Counted from the stretch's first letter, positions 29,603-40,476 are shown. The stretch: 64,000 nt of DNA from an uncultured bacterium (GCA_963977015.1 CAXBMO010000022.1:36063-100062); one strand, 5' to 3'. Notes: generated from the letters alone by a model not told the origin. Made by a program: numbers and translations.

Positions 29603-30505
29603 ATGTCTTTGCAGTTATTTGCCGACTATCACTTTCATCCCAATTTCAATTTTGGCCGTAACCTCAGGAAGCAGTCGGAAAAGATCTGGAAAGCCTTCGA
29701 TCAACATCAACTGGATGTGGTTGTTATTTCAGAACACAGTTGGAAGCGCCCCACCGATTCCTACCACATCCTGGAGGAATATCGGACGAGCGGAAGCAAA
29801 ACCCGGATCCTGCCCGGAATCGAGGTTCTAACCGAGGAAGGCCTAGATGTGGTCGTTTTCGGTTCGTGTGGCAGCTGGTATGATGAGGATCGGCTGGCTC
29901 CACTCTTGGAACCATACCACGCCCCCATCGAAACCGTCATTCGCCTGGTTCAGGATCCAGAACATCCCGTTCGCGGATTTCTTCCTCACCCCTACACCCG
30001 CGGAACAACCGGGGCCGTCGAATTTTATGGAAGGGAAGAAGCCAAAATCCTCGCCTCAAAACTGGGCGGGGTCGAGGCCAGTAACAACTGTTATGACGAC
30101 ACCCTGGCCCTGGGACAACGTCTCGGCCGACGCTTTTTTCCCGCGACTCTCGAGCGCATGCAAAAAACGCATCAAATCGACAATGAATTTCTCGATGAAG
30201 TTGATGTGGATTTTATCGCGATTGGCTCCGACGCCCATTTTCCTGAAGAGGTTGGATATGGCTGCCTGATCGACATTGCAGCATGGCCAGAAACCCAAGA
30301 GGAAGTCCACCAGGCGATTACCACAAACCGAACTCGCGAAGGAGTTCCCAGACACTTCAAACCCGCCTTGGACCGCGTCGTTCACGTTTCGCGTTCCGCC
30401 ATCATCACCGCTCACGAAGCCTTGCAAAAAAAGGCGCTCCGAAAGTCCAAGAAGAAGGCTGAAGGTCAACAAGGCAAAGACCTCTCCCCGGTCCCCAGTT
30501 CCTAG
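29603..30505 (+). CDS. PHP-domain metal-dependent hydrolase
   Basis: DYHFH, ISEH, PGIEV, HP, GSDAH. Confidence 0.85.
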   Translation: MSLQLFADYHFHPNFNFGRNLRKQSEKIWKAFDQHQLDVVVISEHSWKRPTDSYHILEEYRTSGSKTRILPGIEVLTEEGLDVVVFGSCGSWYDEDRLAPLLEPYHAPIETVIRLVQDPEHPVRGFLPHPYTRGTTGAVEFYGREEAKILASKLGGVEASNNCYDDTLALGQRLGRRFFPATLERMQKTHQIDNEFLDEVDVDFIAIGSDAHFPEEVGYGCLIDIAAWPETQEEVHQAITTNRTREGVPRHFKPALDRVVHVSRSAIITAHEALQKKALRKSKKKAEGQQGKDLSPVPSS

Positions 30506-30738
30506 CCCGTAGGAGCAGGGTCTCGTTGGCAAGTTGGTTCTCGCTCCATATCGAGAAGATCCGCGCCCCTTTTCAGCTGTCATATCCGAGCCGATGAGAG
30601 GCAAAAGGGCTCAAAACGAGGCTCTGGGCGTCACACGCTCCCTTCACTCTGCTCCCTCACAACGCCTTGCAGGAAGACCAATTTCCTCACTGCATCGTCG
30701 ACATCTCCACTTGGAGCGCTCTCGACATACAATCTGGC

Positions 30739-32565
30739 TTAGAAGGTCGTGGTTGCACTGATGTGCACCCGAACATCGTCAACATCCGCCCCTTCCGGCA
30801 GATCGTCTGAGATCGGGAAGCCGATATCAGCACGGAGCCTTACCATCTCATCAATGGTCCAACGGAGACCAAATCCAACACTGAACAGATCTTGGCTGGA
30901 TTGCTCACCTTCAAGCAGGTTGACGTTTGATACGCTCGCATAGTCGGCGAAAACGAGGAATCGCAATTCATCAGACGTGTATCGCCAATCAAACCACTGA
31001 GCCACGGAGTAGGTCGGGCTGTAAAGCTCGCCGCTGAGAAGGATTCCTTCGTCACCGCGGGCAATACTCGTCGAGTAACCACGAACGGTTGATGGTCCAC
31101 CAATTCCCAGTTGCTCACTGGCCAGGAGGTTGTCGCTCGACAACTGACCTTGAGCCCGGAATCTCGCGGTTGCCTGTCGGCCAATGCGCTGAGAACGCTC
31201 AATGCTGGCAGTCAGGTAACGATAATTCGATGAGGAACCCGCCCGAGCCTGCTGAAAGGTCTCGTCGGTGTTGTTGTCGTCAATTCCGCCAGGGCTCAAA
31301 TAACCGGTTAAATCAAATTTGGTTGCTCCCGTCTTGTCCTGTTGGAGCACGTTGTAACCCATTCCGAGCTGAGCGATGTGGGTGGTGGCATTGAAAAACT
31401 CATCGCCGCCAAATTCGAGGTTGTTGTTGCTCGACTTGAAGTCGAAACCGAATTCCAGCTCATGACTCCAATTATCAGGTGCCCAGAATCGAATTGGCAT
31501 CGCATACCGGGTGCTCGCCTGCCAGCTTTCGCCGGAAATCGTCAGTGGGGTGCCATCGACATCAACATCGGCCTCACTATCGACATAGGCACCCAGGAAC
31601 GTTGCGTAATGCCTCCAAGGCAGCGGCATGCTGTAAACCAGCGAGTGACTGGTAATCGAATCGAAATCCATATCCGTGGTCAACTGATAGCTCAAGGTGC
31701 GATCCGGCCCCCAAGCCTCGGCCCACGTCGCACCCGCAAGAAGTCGGTGCTCTCCAAGCAACTCATTTCCTGAGTTCTCATAGCCAATGTAGGCGTTGAA
31801 GGGATCCACTTCGTTGGTCCGGAGAATAATGTCGGTCGTTCCAAAGCGGAAGCCAGGAGCATAGACCATATCAACCCGGCGATAGGGGCTGCGGTTCATC
31901 CATGCCAAGTCATTGAGAAGCTTGCTGGAACGCAGGACCTCTCCTTTCTCTGTCGAAATGTTTCTTCTCAGGTAGTCCTCTTCCTCTCTCGTGGCACCTT
32001 GGACACGAACCGCCTCAAGGCGACCTTCAACAACAACCAACTGGACAACACCTGACGTAATGTCCTGCTCGGGAACGAGAACGTCGACCACGGGACGATC
32101 ACTGTCGCGGTAGGCACGAATGGTGTCTTTGACCATTGAGTCCAGTGAAGCCAAAGAAACCGGCTGACCGAGATAAGCGTTGAGGGAATTTCCCACACTC
32201 GGAGGGAAGTCTTCCAAATCATGCCAAATTCCCTGAACCCCTGGAATTCCCGCAGGAATCACATCCCCCGGAGATGGGACGAGAACAACTCCTGTCAAGC
32301 GATCCACCAAAGCTTCCGTGCTCAACCCTGAAGTTTGCGCCGGGAGATAAATTTGACCACCGGAACGATCAACAGCCGCAGCTCCCGAATCGATGCCGGC
32401 CTGGTAAGCAGCAACGTCGGATTTGATACTGGGCGGAAGCAACTCTTCGGCGTATTCCGTTCCATACTGGTCCACTACAATTCCGTCTTGGGCGTAAGTG
32501 TATCCAACAGCAGAAATTATCAGCAATCCGCTTATCCAGTTCCGAATGGGTTTCAATGTGATCAT
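30739..32565 (-). CDS. ShlB/FhaC/HecB (TpsB) family outer-membrane transporter
   Basis: PEQDITSGVVQLVVVEG POTRA motif, EQLGIGGPSTVRGY loop motif, C-terminal Phe. Confidence 0.9.
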   Translation of the reverse strand: MITLKPIRNWISGLLIISAVGYTYAQDGIVVDQYGTEYAEELLPPSIKSDVAAYQAGIDSGAAAVDRSGGQIYLPAQTSGLSTEALVDRLTGVVLVPSPGDVIPAGIPGVQGIWHDLEDFPPSVGNSLNAYLGQPVSLASLDSMVKDTIRAYRDSDRPVVDVLVPEQDITSGVVQLVVVEGRLEAVRVQGATREEEDYLRRNISTEKGEVLRSSKLLNDLAWMNRSPYRRVDMVYAPGFRFGTTDIILRTNEVDPFNAYIGYENSGNELLGEHRLLAGATWAEAWGPDRTLSYQLTTDMDFDSITSHSLVYSMPLPWRHYATFLGAYVDSEADVDVDGTPLTISGESWQASTRYAMPIRFWAPDNWSHELEFGFDFKSSNNNLEFGGDEFFNATTHIAQLGMGYNVLQQDKTGATKFDLTGYLSPGGIDDNNTDETFQQARAGSSSNYRYLTASIERSQRIGRQATARFRAQGQLSSDNLLASEQLGIGGPSTVRGYSTSIARGDEGILLSGELYSPTYSVAQWFDWRYTSDELRFLVFADYASVSNVNLLEGEQSSQDLFSVGFGLRWTIDEMVRLRADIGFPISDDLPEGADVDDVRVHISATTTF

Positions 32566-32794
32566 AGGTGTTTCAGGCTCCGGTCCCTGCAGCCTTTAGC
32601 GAGGTTGTCGATAAAGGTCCAGAGAAAATAGGCTCCATTGGGGGAATTTTGCGACTATGAAAGGAATGCCGCGTTCTGGTCAAGGCTGAAACGCATTATT
32701 TCCCTCATATTCGAAAATTTCGTTCAATCAAAGGGTTGAAACCTTTAATATTATTTAAAATTCAAACAAATCGAACTCAGCACCTCCAAGAGGC

Positions 32795-34966
32795 TCAACG
32801 AGTTCCCGCTTCACTCTCAAACTGGCGAAGCGTCCGGCCGGCAGCGGTGCTCGGCCCAGCTGAAGACTGAGCGGAACCATTCTGGGCAGCACGTTGAGCT
32901 TCGTCAGGCTCAAGAGTGGGCATCGAAAAATCTGACTGCAAGTAGAAGCGCCCAGGGAGCTTCTTCGGCTCGGCAACTCCGGCGGTGGCTGCGCTTTTCC
33001 CGGAGCCTGCGGCCGCCTTTCTGGCTGAAATCGAGGGAGGTCTTCCGGTCGGCTGATACTCCGTCAAGGTTCTGGGGCCTTCCATGACTCCAGAATCGGT
33101 TGCGACGGCTCCGCTCAACCCGGGGAGTGGCCGATTGGTTTCGGACTGATAGTGCTTATCCATCGCCAATTGACGCTGTTTCGCGGCGTTCTTCATGCCT
33201 TCCGGGTCGACCTTGGGAGCAGCCTGCTGTTGAGGCTCCGGCTTGGCGGGTGGAGGACCCGTCGGAGTAAACTGCGTCAGCATTTGCCCCGGTTCTTCGA
33301 CGACTGCCGATTGGGGATCAAACTTGACCGGATCAAACTCTGATTGTTGGTAGAACCGATCTGGAAGTGCTTTCGGCTCCGCCTGGGCCAGGCTTTGATT
33401 TGCCTTCGCGACCTTTGGCTTCGCTACTTTTGGAGCCCTCGCGTTCGGAGGGGCAACATACTGGGTCAAACTCCGGGGATCCTGAGTCAGTTCCATTCCT
33501 TCCGAATAGGCGGCCACCGCCATTTCCTGGTTGGAGAGGCCGGGAAGCGCCTTACCCGTTTGTGATTCGTAGTGGCGGTCAATGTCGTCCCGCCGTTCCC
33601 TTGCCAGCTTCGCCAGGGCAGCCGCATCGACCTCTGGTGAATCGGCTTCGTTTTTGGAGGCTTTCCGAGTTGGCGGAGGCCCGGTCGGTTCAAATTGCTG
33701 AAGCGTCTGTTGCGGAACCATCGCCATTGATTCCTCCATTTCAAAGGTCACGGGGGCAAAGTCAGACTGCTGGTAAAACCGATCCGGCAAGGGCTTGGGT
33801 CCAGATGGCTCCATGGCCTCGCGCGAAGACTTCACCTTGGGCTGCTTCAGTTTGGGGGGCGGTCCGGTGGGCTCGAATTGCGTCAACATTGGGCCACTGA
33901 CAACTTCGCCGTCTACGATCGCCGTTGCACCAAGTCCCGGCTCCAAGGTCGGCAAAGGTCGCGCCCCTTCAGATTGGTAGTGGGCATCATATTGCTTCTG
34001 GCGCTGTTCAGTGTGGTCCGCCAAACTGGGAAGCCCTTTCTTCGTTCGTCCAATCTGCTTCGCCTGCTTCTCTTCCTTTGCCTGTGGCGGAGGACCGGTC
34101 GGCTCAAACTGTTGCAGCGATTGCTGAGGCTCCATCGACATCGATTCCTCCGCCTCGAAAGTTACCGGCGCAAAATTGGACTGCTGGTAAAAGCGATCGG
34201 GCAACGGCTTGGGCTTCGTAGGCCCAACAACTGGCGATGGCTTCGGCGCCTTCACCGGTTTGGTTCGGGGTGGAGGCCCAGTCGGCTCAAATTGGGAAAG
34301 CATTCGGCCGCCCGATCCATCCTGCGGCATTGAAGGAGGCCCTTCCGGTTGGAACTTCAGCGGTTCCACCGTTGATTTGGACTGGTAAAAGTCGTTAACA
34401 TCCCGGTCCAACGCGGCCGAGGAAGCCTGGCTGGGACGCCTTTGCTTGACCGGCTTTACCGTCCTGGGCTCCGGAGCTGAAGGGGGCGGCCCAGTTGGGA
34501 CAAATTGTTCCAACGTCTGATTGGGCCCCATCGTTCCATCCGTTTCGGAATTGGGAACGAAAGCTGGAGGGCCAAATTGAGGATTGAACGGAGATTTCCC
34601 CGAGTTTGTGGCTTTCGCCGGGGCACTCGAAGCTTTGCGCGGTGCCTTTGGCGTGAGATCTGGCGGAGCACCGGTAGGCTGGTATTGCTGAAGGGTTCTT
34701 CCGGTCCCAACTGCGGTTCCTCCCTGCGTTGGCGCGTTGTTTGACATCTGGCTGGTCAAGCCGCTTGGGTCGGGCTGAAACTTCGGGAGAAAGGGCTTTC
34801 CGGTTTTGGGATCAATTTTCCCGGATCCTTGGGCCATTCCCTGGGGAACTGCCGCCAGACAAACGCACCAAATCGCAACGAAGAGAGCCTTCGAATACGA
34901 GAGAATGCCGTGAACACGGGTGCGTTTCATCAATCGGGGAACAGGGAGAATTGGTTTCGGTTTCAC
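32795..34966 (-). CDS. Secreted Pro/Gln-rich repeat protein
   Basis: Extended signal peptide; about 10 LxQ(F/Y)xPTGPPP units with alternating conserved spacers. Confidence 0.8.
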   Translation of the reverse strand: MKPKPILPVPRLMKRTRVHGILSYSKALFVAIWCVCLAAVPQGMAQGSGKIDPKTGKPFLPKFQPDPSGLTSQMSNNAPTQGGTAVGTGRTLQQYQPTGAPPDLTPKAPRKASSAPAKATNSGKSPFNPQFGPPAFVPNSETDGTMGPNQTLEQFVPTGPPPSAPEPRTVKPVKQRRPSQASSAALDRDVNDFYQSKSTVEPLKFQPEGPPSMPQDGSGGRMLSQFEPTGPPPRTKPVKAPKPSPVVGPTKPKPLPDRFYQQSNFAPVTFEAEESMSMEPQQSLQQFEPTGPPPQAKEEKQAKQIGRTKKGLPSLADHTEQRQKQYDAHYQSEGARPLPTLEPGLGATAIVDGEVVSGPMLTQFEPTGPPPKLKQPKVKSSREAMEPSGPKPLPDRFYQQSDFAPVTFEMEESMAMVPQQTLQQFEPTGPPPTRKASKNEADSPEVDAAALAKLARERRDDIDRHYESQTGKALPGLSNQEMAVAAYSEGMELTQDPRSLTQYVAPPNARAPKVAKPKVAKANQSLAQAEPKALPDRFYQQSEFDPVKFDPQSAVVEEPGQMLTQFTPTGPPPAKPEPQQQAAPKVDPEGMKNAAKQRQLAMDKHYQSETNRPLPGLSGAVATDSGVMEGPRTLTEYQPTGRPPSISARKAAAGSGKSAATAGVAEPKKLPGRFYLQSDFSMPTLEPDEAQRAAQNGSAQSSAGPSTAAGRTLRQFESEAGTR

Positions 34967-35023
34967 CAGCGTTCTACCGGATCTTTGGTACTTCGTCCAT
35001 CATTTCTTTGACGCAAAAAGGTG

Positions 35024-36403
35024 CTATTTCGCAAAAAGCATAAGGACGCCGTAGATGGCCGTCGCAGAAATGACCAGACCGCTTGCCCACAAACAGAAAT
35101 CATAGAAGCGACTGGGATTCAGAGACTCCGGGAGACGTCGATACCGAAAATGGAAGGCCGCAAACACGACAACCAACAAGATCACTGAAGTAACCATTCC
35201 TCCAACCAAAACCATAATTCCCGGATCTCCGCCAAACCACATTTTGAAGAAGATAAACAGCAATGCCCAAGCCGCGGGAATGATCCACGCCAGAACCGCA
35301 ATCCACCATCTTCGTTTCTGGTCATCGTGAAAGTCGAAAACCCCGATGTGGGCAAAGCAATCCGAATACAGCCGCGTCCAACCGGCCAAGGCGGCAAACA
35401 GGGTCGAAAACAGAACGACGGCGGCCCCCAGCAAAAACACGTTCCTGGCCCAGGGCCCGAGCGTGTCGGTGTACATCAACGCCAGCGTTTCCACCAGTTG
35501 GCTCTTTTCAGGAACAAGCCCCTGAGCATGCAGAACCGCCGCTCCCAAAATGTAAAACGCGGCGGTAACGATGGTATAGACCACCATGGAGAGGATCGCA
35601 TCGGCATACATCACTCGCGTCCAGCCTTTGGCCCGGCGCAACCAGGCCTCGGAATCATCCCGGGGGCCGGTTTTGGCGGCATACCCCTTTTCCAGAAGCC
35701 AGTAGTTGTAGGTCATGATTTCATCCCCGCCGACTCCCGTGATTCCAAATGCCCCGATCGCAATCAGAATGAGAGCGGACTCGTTGGGCAAATGGAAGGT
35801 GAGTCCCTCCGCGATCTGACTCCAACTGACCGCAAATTCGGTCGATTGAAGCGACACAACGCTCACGATGGTCAGAATGGTGAAAAGCCCAATCATCACG
35901 AGCGAAAGTTTTTCGATCAGCACGTAGTAGCCGCGAAAAACCAGAAGCGAAACAACCGGGGCAATGATCAACGCCCAAACGGCCACGGATCCCGGCGCGA
36001 TCATGTTCATGATGATGGCAACACCACCGACAATGCCGCCAACCTGAAGAAACTTGAGCGACATCAAGATCAGCCAGGTCCAGGTACTCCAACTGGCGCC
36101 TCGAAACTTGGGACCGGGCAAGCGGTTGAAGGAAGCAAACGTGGATTCGCCGGAATGAATCGCGTGCTTCCCGAATTCCAGCTGCAACGTCACTTTGACC
36201 AAACAACTGACCAGAATGACCCAAAACGTGATGAATCCGGCTTTCGCCCCCAAAATGGTGGTCGCGATTAATTCTCCCGATCCCACAATGGATGCGGAAA
36301 GAATGAATCCAGGCCCCAGATAGCGAAGCATGCCAAATGGTGACGTTGGAGGTTCTTGGACTTTGTCAGGAGAAAGCTCATAGGGGTTTTGGCGCACGGT
36401 CAT
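35024..36403 (-). CDS. Nramp-related transporter (APC superfamily)
   Basis: GPGFILSASIVGSGELI, about 11 TM helices; lacks the DPGN motif of MntH. Confidence 0.8.
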   Translation of the reverse strand: MTVRQNPYELSPDKVQEPPTSPFGMLRYLGPGFILSASIVGSGELIATTILGAKAGFITFWVILVSCLVKVTLQLEFGKHAIHSGESTFASFNRLPGPKFRGASWSTWTWLILMSLKFLQVGGIVGGVAIIMNMIAPGSVAVWALIIAPVVSLLVFRGYYVLIEKLSLVMIGLFTILTIVSVVSLQSTEFAVSWSQIAEGLTFHLPNESALILIAIGAFGITGVGGDEIMTYNYWLLEKGYAAKTGPRDDSEAWLRRAKGWTRVMYADAILSMVVYTIVTAAFYILGAAVLHAQGLVPEKSQLVETLALMYTDTLGPWARNVFLLGAAVVLFSTLFAALAGWTRLYSDCFAHIGVFDFHDDQKRRWWIAVLAWIIPAAWALLFIFFKMWFGGDPGIMVLVGGMVTSVILLVVVFAAFHFRYRRLPESLNPSRFYDFCLWASGLVISATAIYGVLMLFAK

Positions 36404-36598
36404 CGATCAACAGAGTTTGGCGAGGCCGACCAAAGGCAGCAAGAACGAACTCCCCTTCTGTTGTGATTCCTGCGTTTCCGTCACGTTGGTTCAGACAAAC
36501 GATCACGAACTTGGATTTGCGAATCCCCTCCAACAATTGACGTAATCTCAGGAGGGATGCAGCTTATCCTGTTCGCATTGAACATCCATGGCGTTGAA

Positions 36599-37150
36599 AT
36601 GAAGCGATTCCCCAAGATTTCCAACCTTCACTGGGTGCGTGCGCTCGTTCTCGTGGCTCTCGTTACCCCGGTCAGCCTCGTATTCCTTTTCGGCAAGAAT
36701 CAGGCGGTTGAAGTCTCGATTGTGGACGTTACCCAAGATTCCAGTGGGGATCTGATCGTGACGACTCAGCTCAAAAACGTGTCCAACCAAACCGTTTCGT
36801 TCCCTGGGCAAAGCGCAGATTTTCTTTTCTTCGAAGTAGAGGCGCCCAATGGGAAGCCCCGTGGATTGGTCGGCTGGTGTGGCACCGAGAGCATGAACTA
36901 CATTCCCCTTTTGCCAGGAGAAACGATGAATGCTCGCGCCGTCGTTGAATCACGAAACCGCGACGATTCGGTCCGCGTGGCTTTCTTTCAGGAAGGCGCG
37001 CCTTCCAGCCTGGCGCAAACCGCATCAGCGGTTTCGGATCAGGTTCCTTTCGGCCAAAGCGTCCGGATCTGGGTCAACCAATGGTCGCAAAAGCGCGGCA
37101 TGGTCTATTCTCCCAGGTTTGTGCCGTCCGAGCGCGAATCCAGTTTCTAA
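36599..37150 (+). CDS. Hypothetical protein with N-terminal TM anchor and Ig-like beta region
   Basis: Hydrophobic N-terminus; QLKNVSNQTV and LLPGET patterns; start uncertain. Confidence 0.6.
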   Translation: MKRFPKISNLHWVRALVLVALVTPVSLVFLFGKNQAVEVSIVDVTQDSSGDLIVTTQLKNVSNQTVSFPGQSADFLFFEVEAPNGKPRGLVGWCGTESMNYIPLLPGETMNARAVVESRNRDDSVRVAFFQEGAPSSLAQTASAVSDQVPFGQSVRIWVNQWSQKRGMVYSPRFVPSERESSF

Positions 37151-37317
37151 GCGGGTTCGAGGACGGTTTTGAGGGCAATCGCTCAGCAGGAGCAACGCTG
37201 AGAAGAAGGCAAACCCAAAAAAATGGGGTTTGTGGTTAAGTTTTGCTACACAGTCTCTATTTTTGCGTTTATTATAATTTCCACACTTTTGCGAATCATT
37301 AGTTAGAAATTAGCCCC

Positions 37318-40300
37318 ATGAACTCACTCCCCACATCTCGGGCCATTCTTTCTCTCCTGTTTCTGGTCCTTTGCAGTCCAGCTTTCGGAGTCGAGCCTGA
37401 ATGGATTTGGAAAGGCCCGGAAGCGAAACGCAACCAGAGCGTTTTCTTCCGCAAAACCTTCGAATTACCCGAAAAGCCCCAGCAGGCTCACCTCTGGGTC
37501 GCCGCCGATGTAGCGGTCATTTACATCAACGGAGAGCGACTCGCACTTCATCGTGGATGGGAGAAACTTCTGTATCGGGACGTCGCATCAATGTTGAACC
37601 AGGGAAAGAACCTGATTGCGGTCGAAGGATTCAACGGTGGGGACACCGACGCCGGTTTGCTGCTTCAAGTTTCCGCGTTCATCAATGGTTCGACCGCCGC
37701 GATCGTCTCCGATCCAACCTGGAAAGTCGCAACTTCGGTTCCCGGAAACTGGAGAACGCTGAGTCTCGATGATTCAACGTGGGAGAACTCCAAGTCGTTT
37801 GGTGTCCTCGGCCAAGGTGATCGCGCTTCCGTCAATCAGGAATCGCTCCTGGTTGCGGCGGGCCTCAAGACCATTCCGGAAGGAACATTGAAAACTCAGC
37901 CCGAACCAGTCACGCCCGAGCCGACGCCATCAAACTCGGCAAAAACTGTCGTCGAAACACCCGCCGAGAAAGCCAAGGCTACACCTGTTGCAAAAAGCCC
38001 CGGGCAAGAAACCGAGAGAACGTCGGAGCCCTATCGCAACATCGACCACCCCTTCGGCGATCAGGCAATTCCCGTGGAACACATCAACGTGATGGAAGGA
38101 TTCCAAGTGGAGCGATTGTATTCGGTCCCCAGAGAGGACCAAGGATCCTGGGTTTCGCTTTGCATGGATGAAAAGGGCCGCCTGATCGCCTCGGACGAAT
38201 CCGGCAGCCTCTACCGGATGGAAGTTCCCGAACCGGGCAAGACGCTCGACCCGAAAACCATTGAACGCATTGCTCTCAATATCGGCCACGCTCAGGGCCT
38301 CCTTTACGCGTTCGACAGTCTTTACGTCATGGTCAATTCCGACAGTTTTGAGGGGCGCGGCCTCTACCGCATTCGTGACACGGATGGAGACGATGAGTTC
38401 GATCTGGTAGAGAGTCTTCGCCTCTTCGAAAATGAAGGGGACGAGCATGGCCCTCACTCAGTGGTTCTTGGGCCCGACGGTGCGTCAATCTACGTTTGCG
38501 TCGGCAACGGAACGCCGGTGGTCGATTGGGAGCGCACGAAGATTCGCGAGGTGTGGCAGGAGGATCTGCTGCTCGACCGGCCTGTTGGCCAACCCTTCAT
38601 GGATGATGCACAAGCTCCAGGCGGCTGGATCGCCAAAACCGATCCCGAAGGCAAGAAGTGGGAGATTGTCGCCACCGGCCTTCGAAACGACTTTGATGCG
38701 GCATTCAATCGCGACGGTGAAATGTTCACGTTCGATTCCGATATGGAGTGGGACCTGGGAACGCCCTGGTATCGACCAACACGAATCTACCACGTTACCA
38801 GTGGAGCCGAGTTCGGCTGGCGAAACGCAGGCGGCAAGTGGCCGAGCTACTATTTTGACAGCGTTCCACCAGTGCTTGAGATCGGCACGGGCGCACCAAC
38901 CGGCGTGACGTTTGGAAACGGAACCAAGTTTCCCCAAAAATACCAGGACGCCCTTTTCGCCTGCGACTGGAGCCACGGCAGAATTTACGCCGTTCATCCG
39001 AAACCGGCAGGTGGCAGCTACGAGGCAACATCCGAAGAGTTTCTCAGCGCGAGTCCACTTCCCATCACCGATATCCAGGTTCATCTGGACGGGGCCCTTT
39101 ATTTCACGATTGGTGGACGCGCCACCCAGTCCGGACTCTACCGCGTCACCTACATCGGCAAGGAATCCGTGGAACCGGTGCAAAAGGTCGCCTCCAAGCT
39201 TCCCCGCCCCTTCCAACTCCGCGAAGCGCTTGAGCAATTTCATGGACACGCGATTCCCGGCACGGTGGAGACCGCGTGGCCCTATTTGATCCATCCAGAT
39301 CGCCATGTTCGCTATGCAGCGCGGACGGTTCTCGAGCATCAACCCATCGAAACCTGGAAAACCAAGGCCCTGACGGAAACTCATTCCCGGGGAAAAATCG
39401 AATCGCTGCTCGCACTGGCGCGGGTTGGAAGCGCGGACCTCCAAACCGATATCCTCGACAGCCTCGACGCAATTCCGTGGGCGAATCTGGACGCATCGGA
39501 GCGACTGGATTTGACCCGGCTCCACTTGGTCTTGTTTTCACGAACCGGCCCGCCAACTCCGTCCATGCAAAAGCATCTGACCGAAACCTGGATGAACCGT
39601 TTTCCCGCCGCATCGGTTCCGCTTGATACGGAGATTCTCGAACTCCTCGTCTTTCTCGAAGCGAAACAAGTGGCCACTCCCGCCATGGCGCTGTTGGAAA
39701 AAGCCACTTCCCAAGAGGAGCAGATCGGCTACGTCAAATCACTCCGCCACCTCAAAGTTGGTTGGAGTGATGAGTTGAGAACCCGTTTTCTCAGTTGGTT
39801 TCTTCAGGCCCGGAATTTCAAAGGTGGAGCCTCCCTCCAGACTTACCTGGAAAACATGCGGAACGACGCGGTTTCGCACTTGAGTGAAGAGGAAAAAGAA
39901 AGGTTCGGCGCCTTGCTCAACAACGATCCAGTGAACCTGCTCGCATTTGGGATGCCGGCAAGACGTGACTTTGTGAAATCGTGGACGGTACGTGATTTTG
40001 AGCGCGATTTGAGTCAGGGCCTGCGCTCCGCTCATCTCGACAACGGTCGTCGGCTTTTCGGCGAAGCCTCCTGCCAGGAATGCCACAGTTTTGGCACCGA
40101 TGGGCGCGCCATTGGCCCCAGCCTCACCGAACTGACCCGGAAATATGGAGCGCGCGACATTCTGGACCACATCCTGAATCCAAGCGGTCAAATCAGCCAT
40201 CGCTACAGCTCGGTCGTCATCACGAAGGCAGATCAATCCGCGATCATTGGTCAAATCGTTGATCTGGAAGGCGACGACCTCATCGTGAACACGGACATGC

Positions 40301-40476
40301 GCGACCCGATGAAACTGACCCGCGTCAATCGCGCCGAAGTTGCCAAGATTCAGCCTTCGCCCATCTCGATGATGCCTCCTGGTTTGCTCAACTCCTTCAA
40401 CAAGTTCGAGGTGATGGATCTGCTGGGTTATCTGGTTTATGGCAAAACCAGTGAGACCGATTTGGCGCAAAAGTAA
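37318..40476 (+). CDS. PVC-type heme-binding dehydrogenase-like protein (sugar-binding N-domain, beta-propeller, HEAT repeats, cytochrome c)
   Basis: EHGPH, GLRNDFD, DSDMEWD, CQECH, IGPSLT, SMMPPGLL. Confidence 0.88.
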   Translation: MNSLPTSRAILSLLFLVLCSPAFGVEPEWIWKGPEAKRNQSVFFRKTFELPEKPQQAHLWVAADVAVIYINGERLALHRGWEKLLYRDVASMLNQGKNLIAVEGFNGGDTDAGLLLQVSAFINGSTAAIVSDPTWKVATSVPGNWRTLSLDDSTWENSKSFGVLGQGDRASVNQESLLVAAGLKTIPEGTLKTQPEPVTPEPTPSNSAKTVVETPAEKAKATPVAKSPGQETERTSEPYRNIDHPFGDQAIPVEHINVMEGFQVERLYSVPREDQGSWVSLCMDEKGRLIASDESGSLYRMEVPEPGKTLDPKTIERIALNIGHAQGLLYAFDSLYVMVNSDSFEGRGLYRIRDTDGDDEFDLVESLRLFENEGDEHGPHSVVLGPDGASIYVCVGNGTPVVDWERTKIREVWQEDLLLDRPVGQPFMDDAQAPGGWIAKTDPEGKKWEIVATGLRNDFDAAFNRDGEMFTFDSDMEWDLGTPWYRPTRIYHVTSGAEFGWRNAGGKWPSYYFDSVPPVLEIGTGAPTGVTFGNGTKFPQKYQDALFACDWSHGRIYAVHPKPAGGSYEATSEEFLSASPLPITDIQVHLDGALYFTIGGRATQSGLYRVTYIGKESVEPVQKVASKLPRPFQLREALEQFHGHAIPGTVETAWPYLIHPDRHVRYAARTVLEHQPIETWKTKALTETHSRGKIESLLALARVGSADLQTDILDSLDAIPWANLDASERLDLTRLHLVLFSRTGPPTPSMQKHLTETWMNRFPAASVPLDTEILELLVFLEAKQVATPAMALLEKATSQEEQIGYVKSLRHLKVGWSDELRTRFLSWFLQARNFKGGASLQTYLENMRNDAVSHLSEEEKERFGALLNNDPVNLLAFGMPARRDFVKSWTVRDFERDLSQGLRSAHLDNGRRLFGEASCQECHSFGTDGRAIGPSLTELTRKYGARDILDHILNPSGQISHRYSSVVITKADQSAIIGQIVDLEGDDLIVNTDMRDPMKLTRVNRAEVAKIQPSPISMMPPGLLNSFNKFEVMDLLGYLVYGKTSETDLAQK

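Noticed and set aside
32795-34966. Classical TpsA / filamentous hemagglutinin
   Set aside because: No TPS domain (NPNG-type motif) and no beta-helix repeats; Pro-rich composition
35024-36556. mntH assignment and a yybP-ykoY Mn riboswitch
   Set aside because: The protein lacks the DPGN metal motif; the leader has only a GGGGAG fragment without the rest of the aptamer
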